From the NCBI GenBank assembly GCA_964016885.1, contig CAXHJY010000720.1:23367-87366 (forward strand): 64,000 nucleotides of DNA, in the 5' to 3' direction. Shown here one piece after another: positions 15,174 through 28,394 of this stretch. Made by a program: the position numbers and the translations under genes. The DNA comes from Eledone cirrhosa. Taxonomy: Eukaryota. The notes beneath the pieces are model-generated. The model searched no databases. It worked only from the letters and a program-made list of their open reading frames with translations, and was not told the DNA's origin. Within the stretch, counting starts at the first letter, position 1, and the number at the start of each line of letters is the position of its first letter.

Positions 15174-15206
<33 letters not shown>

Positions 15207-15213
15207 AAGTGTA

Positions 15214-15246
<33 letters not shown>

Positions 15247-15253
15247 AAGTGTA

Positions 15254-15286
<33 letters not shown>

Positions 15287-15293
15287 AAGTGTA

Positions 15294-15326
<33 letters not shown>

Positions 15327-15333
15327 AAGTGTA

Positions 15334-15366
<33 letters not shown>

Positions 15367-15440
15367 AAGTGTATATATATTATATATATATATATATATA
15401 AAGTGTATATATATATATATAAAGTGTGTATATATATATA
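12990..15440. repeat. (TA)n-derived compound satellite: AAAGC-interrupted, then a fixed 21-bp unit, then AAAGTG-interrupted
   Basis: Variable-length AAAGC(AT)n units; homogeneous AAAGCATATATATAAATATAT from ~14005 to ~14550; then AAAGTGTATATATATT(AT)n. Confidence 0.95.
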
Positions 15441-15956
15441 TATATGATATACGCACACATACACACGCCATTACTTACCACTTAGCCTACAACCTATATA
15501 ACATCGGTTTCTTATCAGTTTCTTATCAGTTTCTTGAAAGAAAACCCAATATTTACAAGTGGCACGAGTAGAATTAATCTATTATATCTTTCAATTGTTT
15601 ACATTAAATCTGTTTTTTTATTATAGCTTCCGTTTAATTATAACTATTCCCACAATCCGAACCGAAACCTCCATTCAAGCAATTATCAATGAGATAAGCG
15701 ACTCACCAATCCTGTTGATAATAACGTCCATTAATTCTGAAGTCAACATCACAACATATCAATTCTTCTTATTGTTATTCTTAATCTCTATGAAGCAATC
15801 CAGACTCCATGTCATCTATGGAATGTTCCATTCCTCGATTCCATTTGGCTATTTTTTTTTCATTTGTTTATTCGTTAATGTATTTTTTAATGTGTTTTTG
15901 TGTGTGTTCCAGCTTTTTATGATTCCTCAGTTGTTGTTCGTGTTTAGGTACGTATG

Positions 15957-16007
<51 letters not shown>

Positions 16008-16422
16008 ATCTAAGATATACATATTATATATATATATATACTCGTATATATATATAATCATATGTATGTATTTATAAATATACATATATTACACACACAC
16101 ACATGTATTTATATATATTTGTGTATCTAAGATATACATATTATATATATATATATATACTCGTATATATATATAATCATATATATGTATTTATAAATAT
16201 ACATATATTACACACACACACATGTATTTATATATATTTATATATATATATATATAATCATATGTATTTATAAATATATATATTTATAAATATATATATT
16301 TATATATATATATATATATACTCGTGTATATATATATATAATCATATGTATTTATAAATATATTTATATATATATATAGTCGTGTATATATATATATAAT
16401 CATATGTATTTATAAATATACA

Positions 16423-16454
<32 letters not shown>

Positions 16455-16736
16455 CTCGTGTGTATATATATATATAATTGTTTCTACTTTTGGCACAAGG
16501 CCAGCAATAACTCAGTACATTACTGGTACTTTATTTTATCGACTCCGTAAGGATGAGAGGCAAAGTTAACCTCGGCCGGATTTATGTATATATAATCATA
16601 GCTATTTATAAATATACATATTTATACACATATATATATATATATATGTATAAATATACATATTTATATATATATATATATATATATACTCGTGTATATA
16701 TATATATATATAATCATATGTATTTACAAATATACG

Positions 16737-16775
<39 letters not shown>

Positions 16776-16788
16776 TTATAAATATACA

Positions 16789-16823
<35 letters not shown>

Positions 16824-16828
16824 TCGTG

Positions 16829-16859
<31 letters not shown>

Positions 16860-16983
16860 TTATAAATATACATATTTATATATATATATATATATATATA
16901 TACTCGTGTATATATATATATATATAATCATATGTATTTATAAATATACGTATTTATATATATATACATATATATATATACTC

Positions 16984-17092
<109 letters not shown>

Positions 17093-17093
17093 A

Positions 17094-17278
17094 TTGGATT
17101 GGCAGTATCGGTAGAGGGTCGGACGCCATGCTTTGCAGTATAGCGTTACGACCTTTTACGTTTGAGTTCAAAATACCGCTGAGGATAATTTACCTTTCAT
17201 CCTTACGGTGTCGATAAAATAAAGTACCAGTAATACACTGGTGTAATTGCTGGCCTTGTGCCAAAAGTAGAAACAATT
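17094..17278 (+). mobile_element. Dominant SINE copy
   Basis: Family similarity. Confidence 0.88.
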
Positions 17279-17580
17279 TGAAGAAGTTTGGCTGATAGAG
17301 TAGTAAAAGGCATTCCCATAATTGTTGCTTGTCTTGGTATCTTGGGTTACAATTTTGTTGCGGGAACTTCTTTACATGTCATTCTTTTGAGATCAATAAA
17401 CAAAGTATGAGAGGTAGTGTTTCTTTGCACCAGTTGTACCCTGATTTAGTGGTTGTCTCTGTCTTTTAGACTTATTATAGATATGACAACAATATCTAAT
17501 ATTGTTTATTGGTTTCTCTCTCTCTATTTACATATATATAATATATATATATATATGCCTCTTTCTCTCTCTCTATTTAC

Positions 17581-17624
<44 letters not shown>

Positions 17625-17728
17625 TACTTCTTTCTCTCTCTCTATTTACATATATTTTTTATTTGAATTTTCCACTGAGAAACATAATCGTCATAGATAT
17701 TATATATGTTATGATTTCTTAAATTCTC

Positions 17729-17770
<42 letters not shown>

Positions 17771-17771
<1 letters not shown>

Positions 17772-17822
17772 ACGAAGGAAGGGTGGTAAGGAACCAGATG
17801 CCGTCTGGTTCCTTACCACACT
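17771..17822. mobile_element. Mini fold-back of the terminal tail of the hammerhead-associated family F
   Basis: GTGGTAAGGAACCAGA-TGCCG-TCTGGTTCCTTACCAC; same tail as at 34372, 41700, 54590, 57250. Confidence 0.75.
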
Positions 17823-17944
17823 TGTATACATAGACACAGACACAGAGGCAGACAGAAAGAGAGAGTTACGAAGGGAAAAATATAAACACAGGAATGCAGA
17901 TATACGCAGTTATATTAGGTTCACGCTTGGAGGAGATGTTTGAC

Positions 17945-18062
17945 AAATTCTGCTCACAAAGTATTTGCCGATCGGAGTCTATTGTAAAAGACACACGTCC
18001 TTAGTGATATGTTGCAGGAATGAACCCAGAACAAGATGGCTGTGAAGTGAGCTACTAAGACA
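17945..18062 (-). mobile_element. Old, diverged SINE fragment (third family)
   Basis: CTATTGTAAAAGACAC...GAATGAACCCAGAAC resembles the reverse complement of a tRNA-head SINE. Confidence 0.5.
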
Positions 18063-18358
18063 CGAAGATCAATATGTGTGGCTATGTCATTCCTTTAAAA
18101 GAACCCACTAACCTGGGATATGTAATGTGTTTAGCTTCTATATCCTAATAAAAGTTATATATATATATATATATATGTAGGAGGTGAGTTTTATTGTAGT
18201 ACAATAAAGCAATGCAGATATCGGATAAGAAGCACTCTACAGTTTGTAGGACTGGAGTATACATAATATATAAGAACAAAAGATGGTTAATTATATGTTG
18301 ATTTAAAACTGCACTATCCACAAGTGTTTTTTAACCTTCATATCATGTCTTCCTGTTT

Positions 18359-18414
18359 TATCTGATGAAAACACATATTATTGCATGATGATATTTGTTT
18401 TTGAAATGCGCATA

Positions 18415-18417
<3 letters not shown>
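18359..18417 (+). ncRNA. Minimal type I hammerhead ribozyme (weak stem I)
   Basis: TAT-CTGATGA-AAACA...TGTTTTT-GAAA-TGCGCA-TA-ATA; palindromic stem III TGCGCA. Confidence 0.6.
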
Positions 18418-18453
<36 letters not shown>

Positions 18454-18479
18454 CTGAGTGCGTATATATAATGTATAAT

Positions 18480-18658
18480 AATTGTTTCTACTTTTGGCAC
18501 AAGGCCAGCAATTGTCCCAGTGTATTACTGGTACTTTGTTATCGACCCCCGTAAGGATGAAAGGCAAAGTTAACCTCGACTGGATTTGAACTCAGACCGT
18601 AAAGGGACGTAACTATGCTAGAAAGCATGGCGTCCGACCCTCTACCGATACTGCCAAA
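18480..18658 (-). mobile_element. Dominant SINE copy
   Basis: Family similarity. Confidence 0.9.
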
Positions 18659-18679
18659 GCTACGTATAGGGGCCGTTAA

Positions 18680-18883
18680 CCCTTTATCATTTACATTACT
18701 CTATATTTACTATAGTATTTTCATGGTAAAGGCTTTATCTTACATAATTATCTCACATAATATCGAATCTATGAGATGTTATATATTTTGAGAACAATAC
18801 CTTAACGTCAGTATGAGTGGTCAGTTACAGCCAGTTTGAATAGAAAGTGGTGGCCGGATATGGCCGGTATAAATGCTAAAGGG
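18680..18883. mobile_element. piggyBac-type MITE
   Basis: TTAA-CCCTTTATCATTTA ... TAAATGCTAAAGGG-TTAA: 13/14-nt TIR match and TTAA TSD. Confidence 0.75.
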
Positions 18884-19519
18884 TTAAAAGAACCCACTAA
18901 CGTGTGATATGTAATATATTTAGCTGCTTTCTCTTAATAAATTTTGCAACCAACCATGCGGAGGGTCGTTAAAGGAACGTTCTCAATTGTGATGTTGTTG
19001 TTGTTTTTGTTGCCGTCGCCGTCATCGTCGTTGCTATCATGTCAATCGATCAAATATATTTTCTTATCTTATTATCGTACGCTAAGTATTAATGGCCAAA
19101 CTCATGACTATTGAAGACTGTTGAAGATAGCAGTTAAGTAGGGCACAGTAAAAGGCAAATTTATTTATTCACGTGCTGTTCTCTCGTTGTTGTTGTTTTT
19201 GTTTCAAGCCTTTGCATGCTCTTTGTCCTACACCTCTAAATAAATATTTACACTCAGATATGCTCTAGAAAAGATATCTCCAATGAGAGAAACTAACAAA
19301 ATTTATACCAAAATATAATGTTTATTTTCAATATAGAAATAATAAAAAAAGAAGAGGGAAATATAGAATAAAAAATATAGAAAAAAAAGGAGAAAGAAAG
19401 AAAAAGATCGGGAAGGGGATGGGATACCATAGTCAACTACTGGTTGAAGTAGGACAATGACACATCCGTACCACCTGTAGTTCTGAAGTTGCCATTTATT
19501 TGATAAATATATGCTGACG

Positions 19520-19556
<37 letters not shown>

Positions 19557-20223
19557 TTATTAAATACTTGTGTAAATTTATTGTTTTTTCTGTTTTTGTA
19601 TGTGTGTGTGTGTGTTGGTAATTCTACCACTATCTGCTAGAGTTTGTAAAAACAAAACTTAGAAACGAGGTACCCCGAAGTATATAATTTATTCCTTGGC
19701 TATCTTTTATCATGAACCCCCCCCAGATCGTAGTTATTCGATATAAATGAATAATTTAATATATCGACAGGTGGATGGTGTTATTTATCTCACGATAAAA
19801 GTTTCAAGTATGTATTGGTTTCAGAATTAATAGTCGCCACTTGTATAGAAAAATACACAAAACAATTACCCACCACTAAGTAAAAAAAAAAAAAAAATAA
19901 TAATAATAATTGTTTCTACTTTTGGCACAAGGCCAGCAACTACCCAGTGCAATAATAATTACGATTCAGTTATTAGGAATGACTGATGAGACACAGGTTA
20001 TATTGGCGACAAAATATATGGACACTAAAAATTATATTAAATATGAAACAAAAATATTATGTCTAGATATCAAACCTCGTTTCAATATTTAATTAGTTTT
20101 CTGATTTATAATTAATATTATACATTTGTTTTTAAATTAATCTTTTGATTTATGATTAATAGTATACATTTGTTTCAATTCATGACACAAATAATTATGA
20201 TAAGGGCATTTTAAAGCCTGGTA

Positions 20224-20756
20224 GAGCCCATTTACGGTCCGAATTCAAATCCCGCCGAGGTTAACTTTGCCTTTCGTCCTTACAGGGTCGATAAAATAAA
20301 GTACCAGTCACACACTGGGGTCAATTTAATCGAATCCCCCCCCCAAAAAAAAAAATTACTGGCCTTGTGCCTATATAAGAAACCATTATTATTAGTGGCA
20401 GTATCGGTAGAGGGTCGGACGCCATGCTTTGACGCATAGAGTTACGGCCCTTGCCATTCTGAGTTCAAATCCCGCCGAGGTTAACTTTGCCTTTCATCCT
20501 TACGGGGTTGATAAAATAAAGTACCAGTAATGTACTGGGTAATTGCTGGCCTTGTGCCTAAAGTAGAAACAATTATTAGTGGCAGTATCGGTAGAGGGTC
20601 GGACGCCATGCTTTGACGCATAGTTACGGCCCTTGCCATTCTGAGTTCAAATCCCGCCGAGGTTAACTTTGCTTTTCATCCTTACGGGGTCGATAAAATA
20701 AAGTACCACTAATGCACTGGGTAATTGCTGGCCTTTTGCCAAAAGTAGAAACAATT
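20224..20756 (+). mobile_element. Head-to-tail trimer of dominant SINE (one long-form, two short-form)
   Basis: Three consecutive B-box/body/tail units joined by ATTATTAGTGGCAGTATC. Confidence 0.9.
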
Positions 20757-21416
20757 ATATTAGAAATTTTACGAGGTTTCTTAATTTAAGTGAATTAGTC
20801 TGTCAACCACGATCTAAAAGAATGAGAAGTAGATTTGAGTTTAAGTAAATAATTTTGACGTTTACTTATGTTGAAATTCTGCTTAGAAATACAACGTTTG
20901 TCACAGATAGGTTTAGTAATGCGATGTCAACGGGTAACATGAAATAATATAATTGCCGCTGCGTGGCTTTTAAAATTCTTCAATCCGAGCAAAATGCTTT
21001 GACAAAAAATAAAATAATAATAATATTTGTTTCTACTTTTGGCACAAGACCAGCACTTATCCCAGTGCATTACTGGTACTTTATTTTATCGACCCCATAA
21101 GGATGAAAGGCAAAGCTAACCAATGTATTGAGTACCTTTCTTAACTGTGGTTCACCCCTCGCACAACTTGAGAATATATATATATATATATTTAATACAA
21201 TAACAGAGATAGCTTAACGCTAAACTCCGACTGGTAACCATCTCACTCAACAAACATTAGGTTATATGTTAGTATAAACCCAATTTAAGTGTTTGGGGTG
21301 CTAACTATATGTATTTTGTGGAAAGCCAGTTGTATTATTTTATGAGATATAATTAAAGTTAAAATATATCTCTCTTTCTAAACAATTGTTTCATATATAT
21401 ATATGTATGTGTGTGA

Positions 21417-21549
<133 letters not shown>

Positions 21550-21560
21550 TATTATTATTA

Positions 21561-21974
21561 ACGGTGAATTGGCAGTATCGGTAGAGGGTTGGACGCCATG
21601 CTTTGCAGCATAGTTACGTCCCTTTGCATTCTGAGTTCAAATCCCGCCTAGGTTAACTTTGCCTTTCATCCTTACGGGGTCGATAAAATAAAGTACCAGT
21701 AATGCACTAGGTAATTGCTGGCCTTGTGCCTAAAGTAGAAACAATTGTTATTATTAGGACGATGGATTGGCAGTATCAGTAGAGTCGGGCACCATGCTTT
21801 GCAGCATAGTTACGTCCCTTTACGGTCTGAGTTCAAATCCTGCCGAGGTTAACTTTGCCTTTCATCCTTACGGGGTCGATAAAATAAAGTACCAGTAATG
21901 TACTGGGGTTCGATTTAATCGACTTTATCCCTCTCTCCAAAATTACTGGCCTTGTGCCTATAGTAGAAATCATT
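21561..21974 (+). mobile_element. Two tandem dominant SINE copies (short + long form)
   Basis: Family similarity; the long form has an extra GGGGTTCGATTTAATCGAC segment. Confidence 0.9.
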
Positions 21975-22669
21975 ATAGGATATGAAACATAACGCAAGAT
22001 GCTGCTAAGGGGAATCGAACATAGAAGAATGTGTATTTGCGTAACAAACGTCTTGGCCATATCTCCCTATCTTATGAAACAAAATGTGCACAGATACTGC
22101 CTCTCCGTCATGGGACTAACAGATTACAATCTTTGTGTTGTCGTATTATCGTTAGATAAACCACGATGGGAAACATTTGTATTCAATTATAAGGGAAGAC
22201 TTTGGCAATATCCAGGATATTTTGCAGTCTTCATCTTCTCAGATATCCAATTTATTACGAAGCAGGCTATTCCACTCACAATTTACTTTCTGTACTACGA
22301 AGTTCAACATCAACTCAAATTCTTCTCAACTTGTATTATCTTCAGGGTTGAATGAAGATGTATTTTTCCTTATCCTAGATATTCAATATACAAGATATCC
22401 ATAAAATATACTTCAGATGATTTAATGAACTGTTCAGGGCAGATTTTCAAGAAACGATAAGGTTTCCAAAATGAAATAAATACTTAATGTTCTGATGTGT
22501 AACAAGTACCAAGATAATGAACGACATTCAAATGATCGTACATTCGTGGGTGATAGAGGGCTTTACAAAAACATCACGTTCATTTTATACAACATATACA
22601 ACTATACCTTATAAACTGATAGTATATATACATATATATATGAGGGGGTGGGGGTTTATATGCACGCAT

Positions 22670-22701
22670 GCGTGTGTATATATATATATACATGTGTATG
22701 T

Positions 22702-22732
<31 letters not shown>

Positions 22733-22820
22733 CGTGTGTGTGTATATATATGTATATGTGTGTGTGTGTATATATATGTATATGTGTGTGTGTGTATATA
22801 TATGTATATGTGTGTGTGTG

Positions 22821-22853
<33 letters not shown>

Positions 22854-22930
22854 GTATATGTGTGTGTGTGTATATATATGTATATGTGTGTGTGTGTATA
22901 TATATGTATGTGTGTGTGTATATGTATGTA

Positions 22931-22963
<33 letters not shown>

Positions 22964-23004
22964 GTGTGTGTGTATATATATGTGTGTGTGTGTGTGTGTA
23001 TATA

Positions 23005-23079
<75 letters not shown>

Positions 23080-23084
23080 ATATA

Positions 23085-23115
<31 letters not shown>

Positions 23116-23353
23116 GTGTGTGTGTGTGTGTATATATATGTGTGTGTGTGTGTGTGTATATATATGTATGTGTGTGTGTATATATATATGTATGTGTGCG
23201 TGTGTGTATGTATATATGTGTGTGCGTGTGTATATATATATGTATGTGTGCGTGTGTGTATGTATATATGTGTGTGCGTGTGTATATATGTATATGTGCG
23301 TGTGTGTATGTGTGTGTGTATATATATACGTATGTATCTGCATGTATATGTAC

Positions 23354-23393
<40 letters not shown>

Positions 23394-23734
23394 CTGTATG
23401 TATGTATGTGTATATATTTATATCTATGTACGTATATATATATATATGTGTATATATATGTGTATTTATTTATTTGTATGTATTTATGTATGTATATATA
23501 TATATATGTGTATTTGTATGTATATGTGTGTGTGTGTATTTTTTGTATGTATGTATATATATTTATATGTATGTATATATATTTATATGTATATGTGTGT
23601 ATATATTATATGTATGTAATACATATGTATTTATATATATGTAAGTATATATGTGTATATATTTATATCTATATAATACATATGTATTTATATATATGTA
23701 AGTATATATGTGTGTATATATTTATATCTATCTT

Positions 23735-23776
<42 letters not shown>

Positions 23777-23790
23777 ATATAAAATATGTA
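22670..23790. repeat. Compound (TG)n/(TA)n microsatellite
   Basis: Directly visible. Confidence 0.97.
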
Positions 23791-24054
23791 TATAACAATT
23801 ATATTTCTCCCTACCATCGTTTAATGTCTTTACCAAACATAATTCTTATCCCATAAATGTCTATCTTATAGTAAATCTCGTCTTTCTTTTCTTTACTTCT
23901 TTTTCTTCTTTGTTCTTTTTCTTCTTTTTCTTTTTCTTCTTTTTATTTATTCTTTATTTCTTCTTTATTTCTTCTTTCTTCTTCTCTTTATTTTTTTTCC
24001 TTTTGTTTCTTCTCCTATTTCCTTTTTCCTTTTATTCCTTTTTTCTTTATCTAA

Positions 24055-26350
24055 TTCGCTTACTGAGAGGGTCGTGGTGTAGGCAAACTTATTGAACACT
24101 CCTTCCAGCAGGTTCTACCAGAAGCAACTATCAATAACTAATCCAGATAGATCCCCAAACGAGACCAGCCATGCTCATGGATGTTATGCAACCATCTTGT
24201 TAGGGGTCTACCCCCGGGTCTCCTGCCTGTTAGTTTTGTCCATAAAATCTGTCCAGAAATTCTTTCCTGAGACATTCTAACCACATGTCTGTAGTATCGG
24301 AGCTGTGATCTCTCAATCCTGAGATTCTTTCCTTAGACATTCTAACCACATGTCTGTAGTATCGAAGCTGTGATCTCTCAATCCTGAGATTCTTTCCTGA
24401 GACATTCTAACCACATGTCTGTAGTATCAGAGCTGTGATCTCTCAACTCAGAGATTCTTTCCTTAGATATTCTAACTACATGTCTGTAGTATCGGAGCTG
24501 TGATCTCTCAATCCTGAGATTCTTTCCTTAGACATTCTAACCAAATGTCTGTAGTATCGAAGCTGTGATCTCTCAATCCTGAGATTCTTTCCTGAGACAT
24601 TCTAACCTCATGTCTGTAGTATCAGAGCTGTGATCTCTCAACTCAGAGATTCTTTCCTTAGACATTCTAACCACATGTCTGTAGTATCGAAGCTGTGATC
24701 TCTCAATCCTGAGATTCTTTCCTGAGACATTCTAACCACATGTCTGTAGTATCAGAGCTGTGATCTCTCAATCCTGAGATTCTTTCCTGAGACATTCTAA
24801 CCACATGTCTGTAGCATTAGAGCTGTGATCTCTCAATCCTGAGATTCTTTCCTGAGACATTCTAACCACATGTCTGTAGCATTAGAGCTGTGATCTCTCA
24901 ATCCTGAGATTCTTTCCTGAGACATTCTAACCACATGTCTGTAGTATCAGAGCTGTGATCTCTCAATCCTGAGATTCTTTCCTGAGACATTCTAACCACA
25001 TGTCTGTAGCATTAGAGCTGTGATCTCTCAATTCAGAGATTCTTTCCTGAGACATTCTAACCACATGTCTGTAGTATCAGAGCTGTGATCTCTCAATTCA
25101 GAGATTCTTTCCTGAGACATTCTAACCACATGTCTGTAGCATTAGAGCTGTGATCTCTCAATTCAGAGATTCTTTTCTAAGACGTTCTAACCACATGCTC
25201 ATAGTATCGGAGCTGTGATCTCTCAATTCAGATTCTTTCCTTAGACATTCTAATCACATGTCTGTAGTATCAGAGCTGTGATCTCTCAATCCTGAGATTC
25301 TTTCCTGAGACATTCTAACCACATGTCTGTAGCATTAGAGCTGTGATCTCTCAATTCAGAGATTCTTTTCTAAGACGTTCTAACCACATGCTCATAGTAT
25401 CGGAGCTGTGATCTCTCAATTCAGATTCTTTCCTTAGACATTCTAATCACATGTCTGTAGTATCAGAGCTGTGATCTCTCAATCCTGAGATTCTTTCCTG
25501 AGACATTCTAACCACATGTCTGTAGCATTAGAGCTGTGATCTCTCAATTCAGAGATTCTTTTCTAAGACGTTCTAACCACATGCTCATAGTATCGGAGCT
25601 GTGATCTCTCAATTCAGATTCTTTCCTTAGACATTCTAATCACATGTCTGTAGTATCAGAGCTGTGATCTCTCAATCCTGAGATTCTTTCCTGAGACATT
25701 CTAACCACATGTCTGTAGCATTAGAGCTGTGATCTCTCAATTCAGAGATTCTTTTCTAAGACGTTCTAACCACATGCTCATAGTATCGGAGCTGTGATCT
25801 CTCAATTCAGATTCTTTCCTTAGACATTCTAATCACATGTCTGTAGTATCAGAGCTGTGATCTCTCAATCCTGAGATTCTTTCCTGAGACATTCTAACCA
25901 CATGTCTGTAGCATTAGAGCTGTGATCTCTCAATTCAGAGATTCTTTTCTAAGACGTTCTAACCACATGCTCATAGTATCGGAGCTGTGATCTCTCAATT
26001 CAGATTCTTTCCTTAGACATTCTAATCACATGTCTGTAGTATCAGAGCTGTGATCTCTCAATCCTGAGATTCTTTCCTGAGACATTCTAACCACATGTCC
26101 ATAGTATCAGAGCTGTGATCTCTCAATCCCGAGATTCTTTCCTGAGACATTCTAATCACATGTCTATAGAATCGAAACTGTGACCTCTCAATTCGGAGAA
26201 GTTGTGGCTTTACGTGGAGTGACTCTCTGATCTCCGAGCTACGAACTCTATCGAGTAAGGTACTCCAAAGATCCAAGATCCACCCCTGGGTCTCCTACGT
26301 GTTGATTTTGCCCGTAAAATCTGTCCAGCAATTCCAACCACATGCCCACT
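24055..26350 (-). mobile_element. RTE-like LINE 3' fragment hosting a satellite array
   Basis: Minus strand encodes TLLDRVRSSEIRESLHVKPQLLRIERSQFRFYRHVIRMSQERI and QILRAKSTRRRPRG-type motifs. Confidence 0.8.
24262..26193. repeat. 65-bp tandem satellite (~30 units) with a 193-bp higher-order repeat
   Basis: Unit GATTCTTTCCTGAGACATTCTAACCACATGTCTGTAGTATCAGAGCTGTGATCTCTCAATCCTGA; variant GACGTTC recurs at 25181, 25374, 25567, 25760, 25953. Confidence 0.97.
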
Positions 26351-26701
26351 CGTAGAACATATTCCACTAAAATATGCATTGTAACAACCTTTACCATACA
26401 AATTTCACTGAAAAATGTTTTCGAGGAATATTATTACAAATAACTTCATAACTTATTTCCTATAACAAATACTAATAACAATAATAATAGTAATAAATAA
26501 AATGAACTGAACTGATAGCAGACGCATTCATTATATGCTGATGTATAAATATAGATTAGGTTTACCTATAAACTGTCTGGATAAAATACATGATTTGAAT
26601 ACATGAAATATATTTCCAAATATTACATATTCCAGCAGGCTTTCATATTCACACAAACACACGCACGCACACGCACGCACGCATACGCACGCATACGCAT
26701 C

Positions 26702-26752
<51 letters not shown>

Positions 26753-26758
26753 ACGCAT

Positions 26759-26808
<50 letters not shown>

Positions 26809-27018
26809 GCACACACAGACGCATACACACACACACATACGGGGTGGGGGTGTATATAGATGTGTGTATTATATAACCGATGTTGTGCATGTCACCGAAT
26901 TGTTCAGAAATATTTATATTTCTACAATAAACGATTTTCCTCATATATATATAAAGTCCCAAGGCTCTGAGACCATCAACACTATAAACACAGAGCTGGC
27001 ATATCTAAGAACTGACTA

Positions 27019-27074
27019 ACTGTCTGATGAGGTCATAGCCATTCAATGGCTATCATCGAAATATATATAGCAGT
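27019..27074 (+). ncRNA. Minimal type I hammerhead ribozyme (same family as 853-907)
   Basis: ACTGT-CTGATGA-GGTCATAGCCA TTCAA TGGCTATCATC-GAAA-TATATA-TA-GCAGT, then AATAAA; preceded by a short frame ending ...[15 protein letters not shown]. Confidence 0.88.
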
Positions 27075-27199
27075 AAATAAAGGATTATGAGTTCGTGCAA
27101 TTGACTTGTTTCGTCACTATATATATATATATATAATTATATATATATAATTATAAAATAACAGGAGGCTGGACTGGTGTAATTCCTTAAAGGTTTATT

Positions 27200-27257
27200 A
27201 TACTATGATCATTTCAATGACCGGGTTCAGTATGAATCCGGTGACATCATCAGGTAT
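27200..27257 (-). ncRNA. Minimal type I hammerhead ribozyme
   Basis: Minus strand ATAC-CTGATGA-TGTCACCGGATTCA TAC TGAACCCGGTCATT-GAAA-TGATCA-TA-GTAT-AATAAA; first stem II pair is mismatched. Confidence 0.78.
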
Positions 27258-27681
27258 TCGAAATTTAACAAAGGAATATAATCCATGGGGCTGAAAAGAC
27301 AAGGCGGCGGCCACCTATTTAGAAGTTTCTAGTTCGGTCGACCGCCTAATATTACATCGAGGTTGACCATAGGGAATGACCAGTTCTATCCAGTGGTGAA
27401 CCAACAAACATAAATATATATATATATATAATTGTTTCTACTTTAGGCACAAGGCCAGCAATTGCCCAGTGCATTACTGGTACTTTATTTTATCGACCCC
27501 GTAAAATATATATTTATAATGTGTGTGTATGTATATATAAATATCTTCTTGTGACGCTAAACTCCGCTAGATGTAGACTGCGCATCATGAGATATTTTTC
27601 TCTGCAAAGTTCGATTACCGGCAACAGAGTTCAAAGAGCAAAGATCAAGTCCTGTCCATAAGTTGAAATGATACACACACG

Positions 27682-27745
<64 letters not shown>

Positions 27746-27995
27746 CATGTGGTTGACGGCTGAGAGAAAAGAGTACTCAATACCGTTTTAATATTCATTT
27801 TAATTAAATATGGTATAGAGAACGATATATAAGTGAGATAGACAAAAATAATTGTTTTTTGATTTTTCTGGCTTATATTGTCATAAATACTTTTTTCACT
27901 TAAATTTAATATAATCATATATCATTTCACATTATATACATGTCTGCGTATATTTTAATTATTTAAAAATTATTTTTAAGTGAACATGATTTAAA

Positions 27996-28026
<31 letters not shown>

Positions 28027-28274
28027 TGTTTTGCAACGGGTCAATTTGTGGCTCAATGAAAAATTAATAAATTAAACAATCAGAGCTATATATCATAAAA
28101 CATGTCCATATAATCCTATGAAGAAATCTCCAACAAATAACCGAAATCAGCCCTTCGCGCCGGCTGCGACGGAATATTTATCGAATATTTCGACAGCGTA
28201 ATCGCCCAGATATAAAGTTAATTAAACAGAATTAGGTGTAAAATGAACTAGGAGAAAAGTGAACACATTTATTT

Positions 28275-28351
28275 ACCTCGACCATGGTTTCGTCCGCATT
28301 TTAAGATATCCGATAGCTTCGGAACCTTGAGCACCGGACTCTTCAGGAAGT
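28275..28351 (-). ncRNA. Minimal type I hammerhead ribozyme with GUC site and extended stem II
   Basis: Minus strand ACTTC-CTGAAGA-GTCCG...CGGAC-GAAA-CCATGG-TC-GAGGT then AAATAAA. Confidence 0.88.
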
Positions 28352-28394
28352 TACCTCAAATTTAGACAATATATATATATAATAGAGATATATA

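Noticed and set aside
21999-22404. ORFs 21999-22355 and 22177-22404, and a minus-strand frame EEFELMLNFVVQKVN...KLDI faintly reminiscent of a VWA domain
   Set aside because: Multiple in-frame stops and no MIDAS motif; a translated search would be needed to claim a pseudogene.
24262-26193. CRISPR-like appearance of regular arrays (also 36181-37082, 37731-38967)
   Set aside because: Units are contiguous with no unique spacers, there are no cas genes, and the context is eukaryotic; the 65-bp unit derives from a LINE.
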